This document shows, piece by piece, positions 6,744 to 14,561 of a stretch of DNA of 17,318 nucleotides. The notes under the pieces were generated by a model. That model did not search any database and was not told the DNA's origin. It was given only the letters and a program-made list of their open reading frames with translations. This DNA is from Candidatus Thorarchaeota archaeon. GTDB lineage: Archaea; Asgardarchaeota; Thorarchaeia; Thorarchaeales; Thorarchaeaceae. Position numbers and translations under genes: made by a program. The stretch covers positions 1-17,318 of the forward strand of contig JAWAQK010000051.1 in assembly GCA_038893995.1 (NCBI GenBank). The letters are read 5' to 3'. Each line of letters begins with the position of its first letter. Position 1 is the stretch's first letter.

Positions 6744-6773
6744 CAATATTCATTTCTCCTCAATTGATTTAAG
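6744..6773. promoter_or_regulatory. AT-rich divergent promoter region
   Basis: CAATATTCATTT and CAATTGATTTAAG (TTTAAG 6768-73) lie between the divergent starts at 6651 (-) and 6848 (+). Confidence 0.4.
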
Positions 6774-6847
6774 CAGATTCTGTACGGACTGGTACCGAAT
6801 CACAGGAGAGCCCTATCACACCTGTGATCAGATTGGAGTGAACAGTA

Positions 6848-7114
6848 ATGGTAAAGGCCTATGTTCTCGTCAAGACGGTGGCAGGCACAGAGGACAGAGT
6901 CCTGAGGAGTTTCCACGAGATACAGAGCATTGAGGAGGCGCACAAGGTCTTTGGTCCCTATGACATAGTGATAGAGGTCAGGGGCAGGGATATGGAATCT
7001 GTCGTAGACATTGTCACCGGGAAAATACGGACCGTCGAGGGTGTCTTCGACACACAGACTCTTCTAGTCATCGACGTTGACCTGGACCTTTCTCAGAGTA
7101 GCCTGGCCTCCTGA
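6848..7114 (+). CDS. Stand-alone Lrp/AsnC ligand-binding (RAM) domain protein, no HTH
   Basis: KAYVLVK...EAHKVFGPYDIVIEV...KIRTVEGVFDTQTL; 88 aa; GGAGTGA SD upstream. Confidence 0.88.
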   Translation: MVKAYVLVKTVAGTEDRVLRSFHEIQSIEEAHKVFGPYDIVIEVRGRDMESVVDIVTGKIRTVEGVFDTQTLLVIDVDLDLSQSSLAS

Positions 7115-7183
7115 TCATGAGGTCGAACTATATCTTCCAGGAGTCCGTGCACGATTTCGTTAAATGCTGGTTGGGCCAAGACT

Positions 7184-8017
7184 ATGGAGAAAAACCAGAG
7201 GAGCGTGTGGATTATTCCCGTAAGGACCCTCTCGAGGAAGCCGTTTGTCCTGATGCTTCAGGATGATGCTGGCGAGATACGACCAGTGCGACTCGATATT
7301 GACCTTGCCAACAGCAGCAATGCGCTGATCGTACTCGATGAGTACAACGATACATGCTGGGCCTGGATAGGTCGCGATGTCAGTATGCCGACGAAGATGC
7401 ATGCTCTGAGGATTGCAAAGAGTATCCAGAAGAGCGGCCATCGCGTGGGCGATACCACAATTGGAATGGCAACCTCCAAGATCATCGAGGTGATCGAAAG
7501 AGACGAGTCGGACCCTGAGATGGCTGCCAACATAGCAGCATTCCGAAAGGCACTATCACGGAAGTGGCGATACGAGGACAGTGTGCTCGCATACGACGAG
7601 GAAGCTGCATCAGAGAAGGAACCGGAAGCGCCTCACATCCGGGAATCAGCACCCCGGACTGAGACAACACACGTCAGACCTGAGACACCAGTGCGTCACG
7701 TGTCGTCAGCGACGACCGCACAGCCTAGATCTACTACTCCCTCTGTTCCCAGGGCCACCAAGACAGAAGCAATGCCTGACGTTGAGAAGAAGATGGCATT
7801 TCTGCTGTACTCCGCCGTCAAGAACTCGGACCTCGTCTACACGGAGCGTTTCACTCGTGACGGAAAGATGGGCATAAAGATCGAGGCTCCTGGGGCAATG
7901 GTCATAGAGGCCACGGTTGAGGGAAGCGACGTTGTTGTGAGTCCCAGTAACTTCGGCGACTCCGAACAGGCCAAGAGGGTGAGGACCGACTACGAGAACT
8001 GGCTCGCAAGACTATAG
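7184..8017 (+). CDS. Gelsolin-domain protein (one gelsolin domain, Pro/Thr linker, small C-terminal domain)
   Basis: ANSSNALIVLDEYNDTCWAWIGRDVSMPTKMHALRIAKSI matches the gelsolin repeat core (N-x-x-D...ILD...W-x-G...long helix). TTAAAT TATA-like element at 7160-65. Exact start is uncertain. Confidence 0.72.
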   Translation: MEKNQRSVWIIPVRTLSRKPFVLMLQDDAGEIRPVRLDIDLANSSNALIVLDEYNDTCWAWIGRDVSMPTKMHALRIAKSIQKSGHRVGDTTIGMATSKIIEVIERDESDPEMAANIAAFRKALSRKWRYEDSVLAYDEEAASEKEPEAPHIRESAPRTETTHVRPETPVRHVSSATTAQPRSTTPSVPRATKTEAMPDVEKKMAFLLYSAVKNSDLVYTERFTRDGKMGIKIEAPGAMVIEATVEGSDVVVSPSNFGDSEQAKRVRTDYENWLARL

Positions 8018-8062
8018 TCGACCAACATGCATCTCACCTGGGCGCGGCATCCATCAGCGCAG

Positions 8063-8815
8063 TCAGTCGCGTAAGGCTCTGTACCAGTAGACGTACGCTG
8101 TCCTGAAGCCTAGCTTGTGGTAGAGTGCCAGCGCCGGATAGTTCTGTGACTCGACCTGGAGGTATACGTGCTGTGCCCCTTTCTCAAGGGCCCACCTCCC
8201 AATCGCACCAATGATGGAACTTGCAACCCCGGAGCGACGGTGCTCGACTTTGGTTGCAATCGCAAAGAGCCCCAACCAATCCCCCTCAATCACACCCACA
8301 CCGACTCCCGCGTCGTCACCCTCGACCTTGCATGAGGCAAAGATCTTCTCGCCATTGATCCTATCAAGTATGCCTCTTCTGACACGGAGGGACGAATCAT
8401 CATAGCCCTCGGCTCTGCCGTAGGTCCTGAGCCAATGTTCAGTGAGTCTTTCAGAGAGCTCCACCGAGAGACCTCCAGTGTCTGCCAGCCCCTTCAGATC
8501 CATCGTCTGGACCTGGACGGTCATCTCACGTTCAAAACGCCTCTGCTCAAGATATCTGTCTAGTCCAGATGGTAAGCTAGCCTCGGTCATCTGAAACATG
8601 ACGGGCAGACCGCGGCTCACATAGAAGTCTACCACAGACTTCAGGGCATGGTCAAGGGGAAGGTCAGGTTCGCCCACAGTGAGAACGCTATTGGCCCTCC
8701 GCGTGACTCCGTCATTTGCGCGAAGTACCCATCCGCCCAAGTGATAGAGCTCTCTCGCAGGCCAGGCCTGCGCAGCAATACGTTCGAGCGTCCGTATCAG
8801 ATGAGGTTCGACCAT
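8063..8815 (-). CDS. GNAT family N-acetyltransferase
   Basis: N-terminal AWPA...GWVLRANDGVTRRANS; acetyl-CoA motif A IATKVEHRRSGVA; motif B YLQVESQNYPALALYHKLGF. Start is ATG 8815 or GTG 8818. Confidence 0.88.
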   Translation of the reverse strand: MVEPHLIRTLERIAAQAWPARELYHLGGWVLRANDGVTRRANSVLTVGEPDLPLDHALKSVVDFYVSRGLPVMFQMTEASLPSGLDRYLEQRRFEREMTVQVQTMDLKGLADTGGLSVELSERLTEHWLRTYGRAEGYDDSSLRVRRGILDRINGEKIFASCKVEGDDAGVGVGVIEGDWLGLFAIATKVEHRRSGVASSIIGAIGRWALEKGAQHVYLQVESQNYPALALYHKLGFRTAYVYWYRALRD

Positions 8816-8926
8816 CACCGGTCAGAGAACAATCAAGAATACGTAAGGCTACCTGTCGTGGCGCCTCGGAGAGAGCGAATAATTCTAATCGCAATTGACC
8901 CGACAACGAGGACGAGGACATCTGGA

Positions 8927-9865
8927 TTGAGTCGCATTCGCAGGAACATCATGCTTGGCGAATGGGTGATAGTGTCGCCTCATAGAGCGTCACGCCCATT
9001 TCAGGATTCAAGTGCCACATGTCCGTTTTGTCCCGGACAACCAGAGACAGAGGGAGAGTGGGAAGTACTCACACTCAGTAACAGATTTGCGGCCCTCACT
9101 CCCGATCTGGGCTACTTTCCACTATCCAATGACATCGTCATGGAGGCGCCCCCCTATGGAGAATGCAGAGTGGTAGTTCACTCTAGACACCACGATCGTC
9201 AGTTCGAGAACATGAGCATTGACGAGATTGAGAGAGTCATGAGGGAGTACCGGAGGGTCTTTGCTGAGCTCGACACTAAGGAGCATATCCATTACGTCCT
9301 TCAGTTTGAGAATAGGGGTCGTCCGATCGGGGTCAGTCTCGATCACCCACACTCTCAGGTCTATGCGCTCCCATTCATCCCTCCCCGTATCGAGAGGGAG
9401 ATGAACCAGTCCAAGGTCTTCTGGGAAAGGGAGGGAGAGTGCCTGCTGTGCGATATCATAGACAAGGAGATGAAGTCGGGAGACCGTGTCATCAATCAGA
9501 CGGACGAGTTTGTTTCGCTAGTGCCATTTGGCGCGAGACTTCCATACGAGGTACACATCTACCCGCTCGAACATGTTGGATCGCTTGTAGAGATGGAGGG
9601 CCGTCTCAGGGGGCTCAGCACAATGATCCACGATACTACCCTTCGCTTCTCGAGAGTCTTCGACGAGGTGGCCTATGTGATGGTGTTTCACTGTAGGCCG
9701 TCTGCAGGTGAGTATCCGTACTGGCACTTCCACATCGAGTTTTACCCACCCTGGCGAGACCGAAGGAGAATGAAGTACCTGGCGGGCATAGAGACCGGTG
9801 GCTGGACCTATACCAATGATAGCCTGCCAGAGGAGAAAGCGAGAGAACTGAGAGAGGCAATCTGA
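8927..9865 (+). CDS. galT: Galactose-1-phosphate uridylyltransferase
   Basis: Canonical N-terminus (M)SRIRRNIMLGEWVIVSPHRASRP from TTG 8927; CPFCPG Zn site; FENRG...SLDHPHSQ catalytic HPH; HFHIEFYP; AGIE. Confidence 0.93.
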   Translation: MSRIRRNIMLGEWVIVSPHRASRPFQDSSATCPFCPGQPETEGEWEVLTLSNRFAALTPDLGYFPLSNDIVMEAPPYGECRVVVHSRHHDRQFENMSIDEIERVMREYRRVFAELDTKEHIHYVLQFENRGRPIGVSLDHPHSQVYALPFIPPRIEREMNQSKVFWEREGECLLCDIIDKEMKSGDRVINQTDEFVSLVPFGARLPYEVHIYPLEHVGSLVEMEGRLRGLSTMIHDTTLRFSRVFDEVAYVMVFHCRPSAGEYPYWHFHIEFYPPWRDRRRMKYLAGIETGGWTYTNDSLPEEKARELREAI

Positions 9866-9866
9866 C

Positions 9867-11024
9867 GTGTATCCGGTTGAAGATCTGATAGAGACGACAC
9901 GGAAGCTGGCCAAGGGGACCAGACCGAGCATCGTCGTCGCAAAGGCCCCCGGAAGAGTCGAGGTCATGGGCAATCACACAGACTACAATGGCGGACTAGT
10001 TCTTGCTGCCACAATTGAGAGGTACGTGTGGTCTGTTGGTGTCCGATCAGATGATACTGTGGTGTGTTCCAGAGAGTTTGATGAATGTATGACACTTGAG
10101 GATGGGCCTGTCCCACCCTCGCAGGAGCTCAACTGGAAGACATACATTAGAGGCGTACACTGGTCACTGGATAGAAGAGGACACACTTTGAGGGGACTGG
10201 CAGCGAGCGTGGGCGGTGATGTCCCACTGGGGGCAGGGTTGAGTTCGTCCGCTGCTCTCGAGGTGTCCTATACGAACCTGTTGAACGTGCTTGGGGGACT
10301 CCGTCTCAACTCCATCGACCTCGCGACTGTGGCCTATGAGGCTGAGCGCCACTACTGCAACGTTTCGTGTGGAATCATGGATCAGTTCACGTCTCAGTTG
10401 TGCAAGAGAAACTCAGTGCTGGGAATAGATTGTTCAACTCGTATCACGTGGGACTCTGAACTCGATCCCGGCCTGAGACTTGTAGTAGTAGACTCGATGA
10501 TAAGGAGATCCGCAGCAGATGTGCTGAATCAAAGAAGACACGAATGTACCGTGGCCCTCGAGACGCTCAGGCAGGCGGGTTATGAGATCGAAAATCTGTC
10601 TCAGTTGACCCCACGCCAGATACCCGAAATAGAGAGATTACTGGACGACACCGCATTCAAGCGGGTGAGGCATGTAGTTGAGGAGAATGAACGGGTCAGG
10701 ACCGCCACAGATCTCCTGATGGACTACGACTTCTGGGGCTTCGGCAACCTGATGTTTCAGTCTCACGAGAGCTCGAGAGACCTGTACGAGGTATCGCATG
10801 AGAATCTCGATCTGCTCGTCGAGATGTCCCGCTCGATTGAGGGAGTACTGGGTGCAAGAATGACTGGAGCTGGTCTTGGTGGGTCCATTCTGGCCCTCGT
10901 GAAGTACGACCACGTCGAGTCGTTCGTTAGTAGTATAGTGTCGCTGTATGAGAGGGAGACTGGACTGACTCCGTCGGTGATACACGGCGCCATCCCTGGA
11001 GGTCCCGAGGTGAGGTGGCTCTAG
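9867..11024 (+). CDS. galK: Galactokinase (GHMP kinase)
   Basis: APGRVEVMGNHTDYNGG, PLGAGLSSSAA, CGIMDQ and GARMTGAGLGG motifs; begins 1 nt after the galT stop. Confidence 0.9.
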   Translation: MYPVEDLIETTRKLAKGTRPSIVVAKAPGRVEVMGNHTDYNGGLVLAATIERYVWSVGVRSDDTVVCSREFDECMTLEDGPVPPSQELNWKTYIRGVHWSLDRRGHTLRGLAASVGGDVPLGAGLSSSAALEVSYTNLLNVLGGLRLNSIDLATVAYEAERHYCNVSCGIMDQFTSQLCKRNSVLGIDCSTRITWDSELDPGLRLVVVDSMIRRSAADVLNQRRHECTVALETLRQAGYEIENLSQLTPRQIPEIERLLDDTAFKRVRHVVEENERVRTATDLLMDYDFWGFGNLMFQSHESSRDLYEVSHENLDLLVEMSRSIEGVLGARMTGAGLGGSILALVKYDHVESFVSSIVSLYERETGLTPSVIHGAIPGGPEVRWL

Positions 11025-12622
11025 TCGTCTGCATCCACTACAAGGCAGTACCCCTTCTTCATCACCGTATCGACTGCATAGTCAAGCCGATCCGGGTAGT
11101 CAATGTTGAAATGGACGCCCCGGCTCTCTCTTCTCATCCGTGCCATGCGCACAACCAGCTCAGCCACGGTTGCAATGTTGCGCAGCTCGACCAGGTCGGC
11201 GGTGACCCTGAAATCTCTGTAGAACTCCTCAATCTCTCTGGATATGGAGTCAATCCGATTCCTCGCACGCAGTAGACGCTTGTTGGAACGAACCACCCCA
11301 ACATAGTTCGTCATTATTGACCGGATCTCGTCCCACATGTGAGACATCACTACCAGCTCATCAGGATCAGTTGCCATGCCTGGTTCCCACGGTGGAATCT
11401 TGTCAGGCATAAGTGGACGGCTCTGACACTCACGTACAGCCTCAGCAGCGTTGTGTGCCATGACGATACACTCTAGCAGAGAGTTCGATGCAAGCCTGTT
11501 TGCACCGTGAAAGCCAGTACCAGCGGTCTCGCCGATTGCGAACAACCCATCGAGGTCAGTCCGCCCACACATGTCTGTCTTGACACCACCACACAGATAG
11601 TGAGCACCTGGGACCACCGGTATGGGAGATGTGGTGATGTCCACACCAGCCTGGAGACAGGTCGAGTAGACCTGAGGAAACCGACTCTTGATGAACTCGC
11701 GGTCTCGAAACGATATGTCCAGCCACACGTGCTCGTCGCCAGTCCTCTTCAGCTCGTGGTCGATGGCCCGGGTGACGATGTCTCTGGGTGCAAGTTCCAG
11801 GTCTGGATGATAACGTGACATGAATCGATCACCGTCACGGCCCACCAGTACCGCCCCTTCACCCCTCAGGGCCTCCGTGACCAGGAATGACCTGACTTTC
11901 GGGCTGTACAGTAGTGTGGGGTGAAACTGGATCATCTCCATGTTCGTGATTGTTGCGCCCGCACGATATGCGAGTGCAACTCCATCGCCAGTGGCATGCT
12001 CAGGGTTGCTCGTATATCGAAAGACCTTACCCATGCCTCCTGTTGCCAGCACAGTCGCTCTCGCTGCGAATCTCTTCACCTGTCCACTCGACCTGTCGAG
12101 CACGTAGGCCCCTACTACAGAGTTCTTTCGTGTGGCAATACTGACGGCCATGTGGAACTGAAAGATCCTGATGGACCGCTCCTGTGTGACACGACGCACT
12201 AGTACCTCCTGTATGTCACGACCCGTGTGATCACCTATGTGTAACACTCTCCGCCTGCTGTGCCCTCCCTCGAGACCTAGCTCGTAGGTCCCTGTATCTG
12301 CGCGGGCTGAGAACTTGACCCCTAGAGACACCAGGTCTCTGATTCGTTCAGGTGCACTACGAATGAATGATTCCACCACGTCCCTGTGACACAGCCCAGC
12401 TCCGGCTCTCATAGTGTCTGCAATATGGGCCTCAAAGGAGTCGTCGTCTGCCACAACCGCAGCTATGCCGCCCTGAGCGAGAGATGATGCACACTCAGTG
12501 ATCCCCCGCTTGGTGACGATGTTTACAGTGCCATGTCGTGCAGCCTTGATTGCAAAGAGCAGGCCTGCAAGTCCGCTTCCTATGACGAGGTAGTCGGATG
12601 AGATCACATCGTCAGTGGACAA
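11021..12622 (-). CDS. nadB: L-aspartate oxidase
   Basis: GSGLAG FAD motif, AQGGIAA, LEGGHSRRRVLH, QFHPT, TEALRGEGA, LAPRDIV, AHYLCGG, HGANRLASNSLLE, ESRGVH. Likely start is TTG 12622 after SD GGGTGGT. It shares CTAG (11021-24) with the galK stop. Confidence 0.93.
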   Translation of the reverse strand: MSTDDVISSDYLVIGSGLAGLLFAIKAARHGTVNIVTKRGITECASSLAQGGIAAVVADDDSFEAHIADTMRAGAGLCHRDVVESFIRSAPERIRDLVSLGVKFSARADTGTYELGLEGGHSRRRVLHIGDHTGRDIQEVLVRRVTQERSIRIFQFHMAVSIATRKNSVVGAYVLDRSSGQVKRFAARATVLATGGMGKVFRYTSNPEHATGDGVALAYRAGATITNMEMIQFHPTLLYSPKVRSFLVTEALRGEGAVLVGRDGDRFMSRYHPDLELAPRDIVTRAIDHELKRTGDEHVWLDISFRDREFIKSRFPQVYSTCLQAGVDITTSPIPVVPGAHYLCGGVKTDMCGRTDLDGLFAIGETAGTGFHGANRLASNSLLECIVMAHNAAEAVRECQSRPLMPDKIPPWEPGMATDPDELVVMSHMWDEIRSIMTNYVGVVRSNKRLLRARNRIDSISREIEEFYRDFRVTADLVELRNIATVAELVVRMARMRRESRGVHFNIDYPDRLDYAVDTVMKKGYCLVVDADD

Positions 12623-12738
12623 GCCGTAGACCACCCGGGTTGAGGTCACAAACAGGTTCGAACGACAGCTGGGCACTGATGTAAGTGTTGTGGTACTCTC
12701 GATGTGTCGACTTCCTACACGCACTCAAAACGATGAAC

Positions 12739-14370
12739 CTAGTCGCTCACCATGTGCGGGTAGAGAAAGTCCCTCGGTGGAACGAAGTTCTCCTTCAGCG
12801 TCCTTGGCGACACCCATCGTAGCAGATTGAGAGGACTTCCAGCCTTGTCGTTTGTTCCTGAGGCTCGAGCGCCCCCGAACGGTTGTCGACCGACCACAGC
12901 GCCAGTCGGTTTGTCGTTGATGTAGAGATTCCCGGCTGCATCCTGAAGAACATCTATGGCTATCGTGATGGCCTGACGGTCACGCGCAAATATGGATCCA
13001 GTCAGCGCGTATGGAGACGTGTCGTTGCAAAGTCTTAGCGTTTCAGTGAACTCGTTGTCAGGATAGACATAGACAGTCAGGACGGGGCCAAATATCTCCT
13101 CCTCCATCAGTCTGGACCTGGGGTTCTTGGTCAGCACGACCGTGGGTTGGATGAAGTATCCCTCTGAGTCATCATATTCTCCCCCGAACACTATCTCAGA
13201 ATCTGCGGAGTGCTTGGCGAGCTCGATGTATCCCACAATCCTGTCGAAGGCCTCACGGTCTATCACAGCACTCATGAATGTCGAGAAGTCAGTTGGGGTC
13301 GAGACCCGAAGTCTGGACAGGTCGTTGACAAGCGCCTCTCTCACCCTGGGCCAGAGTGACGCAGGGACATACGCCCTCGATGCCGCAGAACATTTCTGAC
13401 CAGCATACTCGAAAGCTCCTCGGATGAGTGCCACTACGAGTTCGTCGACATCTGCGGAATGATGCGCGAACACAAAGCCCTTGCCACCCGTTTCCCCAAC
13501 GAGCCTTGGGAAGCTCCTGTATGACGATATGTTTTCGCCGACGGTCTTCCACATCTCGCGAAACACAGCTGTGCTTCCTGTAAAGTGCACACCTGCCAGT
13601 TGAGGATGCCGAAATACGATCCGGCCAATCATCTCAGCTGAAGCGGGAACGAAGTTGATCACACCGTCTGGCAGGCCCGCCTCTATCAAGAGTTTCATCA
13701 CGAGATAGGATGGATACACTGCTGAAGATGCCGGCTTCCATACGACCGTGTTACCCATGATTGCTGGGGCCGTAGGCAGGTTACCCATTATCGAAACGAA
13801 GTTGAAGGGGGTCACGGCGAACACGAATCCCTCAAGTGGTCGATACTCAATCCTGTTCCACTCCCCCGCCACGGATTCGGGCTGTGTTTCATAGATGGTC
13901 TGCATGTAGTATGTGTTGAATCTGAGAAAGTCAATCAACTCAGCCGCCGAGTCTATCTCAGCCTGGTGTACGGTCTTGCCAAGCCCCAGTATCGCTGCTG
14001 CGTTCATCGTTGCTCTCCAGGGCCCCGAGAGCAGCTCTGCTGCCTTCATGAAGATGGGTGCTCGATCGTACCACGGGACTCTGCTCCAACGTTCTCTGGC
14101 TCTGAGGCTCGACTCTATTGCTTCCCGCACGACCTCCTCTGATGCGGGATGATACTTGCCTATGACCATTCCGTGGTCAAACGGGGTGGTGATCGTCCGA
14201 GTTTCATCGCCACGCACCTCCCTTCCATTGACTATCGCAGGAATGTCTATCACCTCGGAGGCTAGCCTATCGAGCGCATCGTTCAGATCTTTCCGCTCTG
14301 GACTGCCAGGAAGATATCTCAGCACAGGCTCATTCTGAGGACGTCCTATTCTGAATCTCGTTCCAGTCAC
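12739..14370 (-). CDS. pruA: L-glutamate gamma-semialdehyde (delta-1-pyrroline-5-carboxylate) dehydrogenase, ALDH4-type
   Basis: NEPVLRY, QAEIDSAAELIDFLRFN, TPFNF, WKPAS, FTGST, GETGGK, FEYAGQKCSA (catalytic Cys), EEIFGP, NDKPTGAVVGRQPFGGARASGTNDKAGS. Likely start is GTG 14370 after SD GGGGTGA. Confidence 0.93.
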   Translation of the reverse strand: MTGTRFRIGRPQNEPVLRYLPGSPERKDLNDALDRLASEVIDIPAIVNGREVRGDETRTITTPFDHGMVIGKYHPASEEVVREAIESSLRARERWSRVPWYDRAPIFMKAAELLSGPWRATMNAAAILGLGKTVHQAEIDSAAELIDFLRFNTYYMQTIYETQPESVAGEWNRIEYRPLEGFVFAVTPFNFVSIMGNLPTAPAIMGNTVVWKPASSAVYPSYLVMKLLIEAGLPDGVINFVPASAEMIGRIVFRHPQLAGVHFTGSTAVFREMWKTVGENISSYRSFPRLVGETGGKGFVFAHHSADVDELVVALIRGAFEYAGQKCSAASRAYVPASLWPRVREALVNDLSRLRVSTPTDFSTFMSAVIDREAFDRIVGYIELAKHSADSEIVFGGEYDDSEGYFIQPTVVLTKNPRSRLMEEEIFGPVLTVYVYPDNEFTETLRLCNDTSPYALTGSIFARDRQAITIAIDVLQDAAGNLYINDKPTGAVVGRQPFGGARASGTNDKAGSPLNLLRWVSPRTLKENFVPPRDFLYPHMVSD

Positions 14371-14472
14371 GTGAGAATACTCACCCCATACACTTGGTCT
14401 TCGTCGCACAGAAGATAAGTAGAGCTAATGTGGCCAATCACTATTGACGATTACCCTAGTATTGGCGTATAC

Positions 14473-14511
14473 GCGTGAGTTGGGGTCGACTCGATACCTC
14501 CGACCTCACGC
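14473..14511. other. Intergenic stem-loop
   Basis: GCGTGAG 14473-79/CTCACGC 14505-11 closes an imperfect inner stem (TTGGGGT/ACCTCCGA). Confidence 0.4.
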
Positions 14512-14561
14512 TCTAGTGCGGTAGGAATGACTCTCTGAAGCCCTAGGCCTGCAGGCCAGTA

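Noticed and set aside
7659-7698. CTGAGACA repeated at 21-nt spacing in the gelsolin linker
   Set aside because: Only two degenerate copies within a low-complexity linker; ordinary slippage, not an array.
8648-8926. N-terminal extension of the galT ORF in the track (405 aa)
   Set aside because: It overlaps the opposite-strand GNAT gene by ~170 nt and spans the divergent promoter region. The canonical GalT N-terminus begins at TTG 8927.
12623-12724. Upstream extension of nadB in the ORF track (likewise pruA 14371-14409)
   Set aside because: No similarity to the family N-terminus. SD-supported internal starts fit better.
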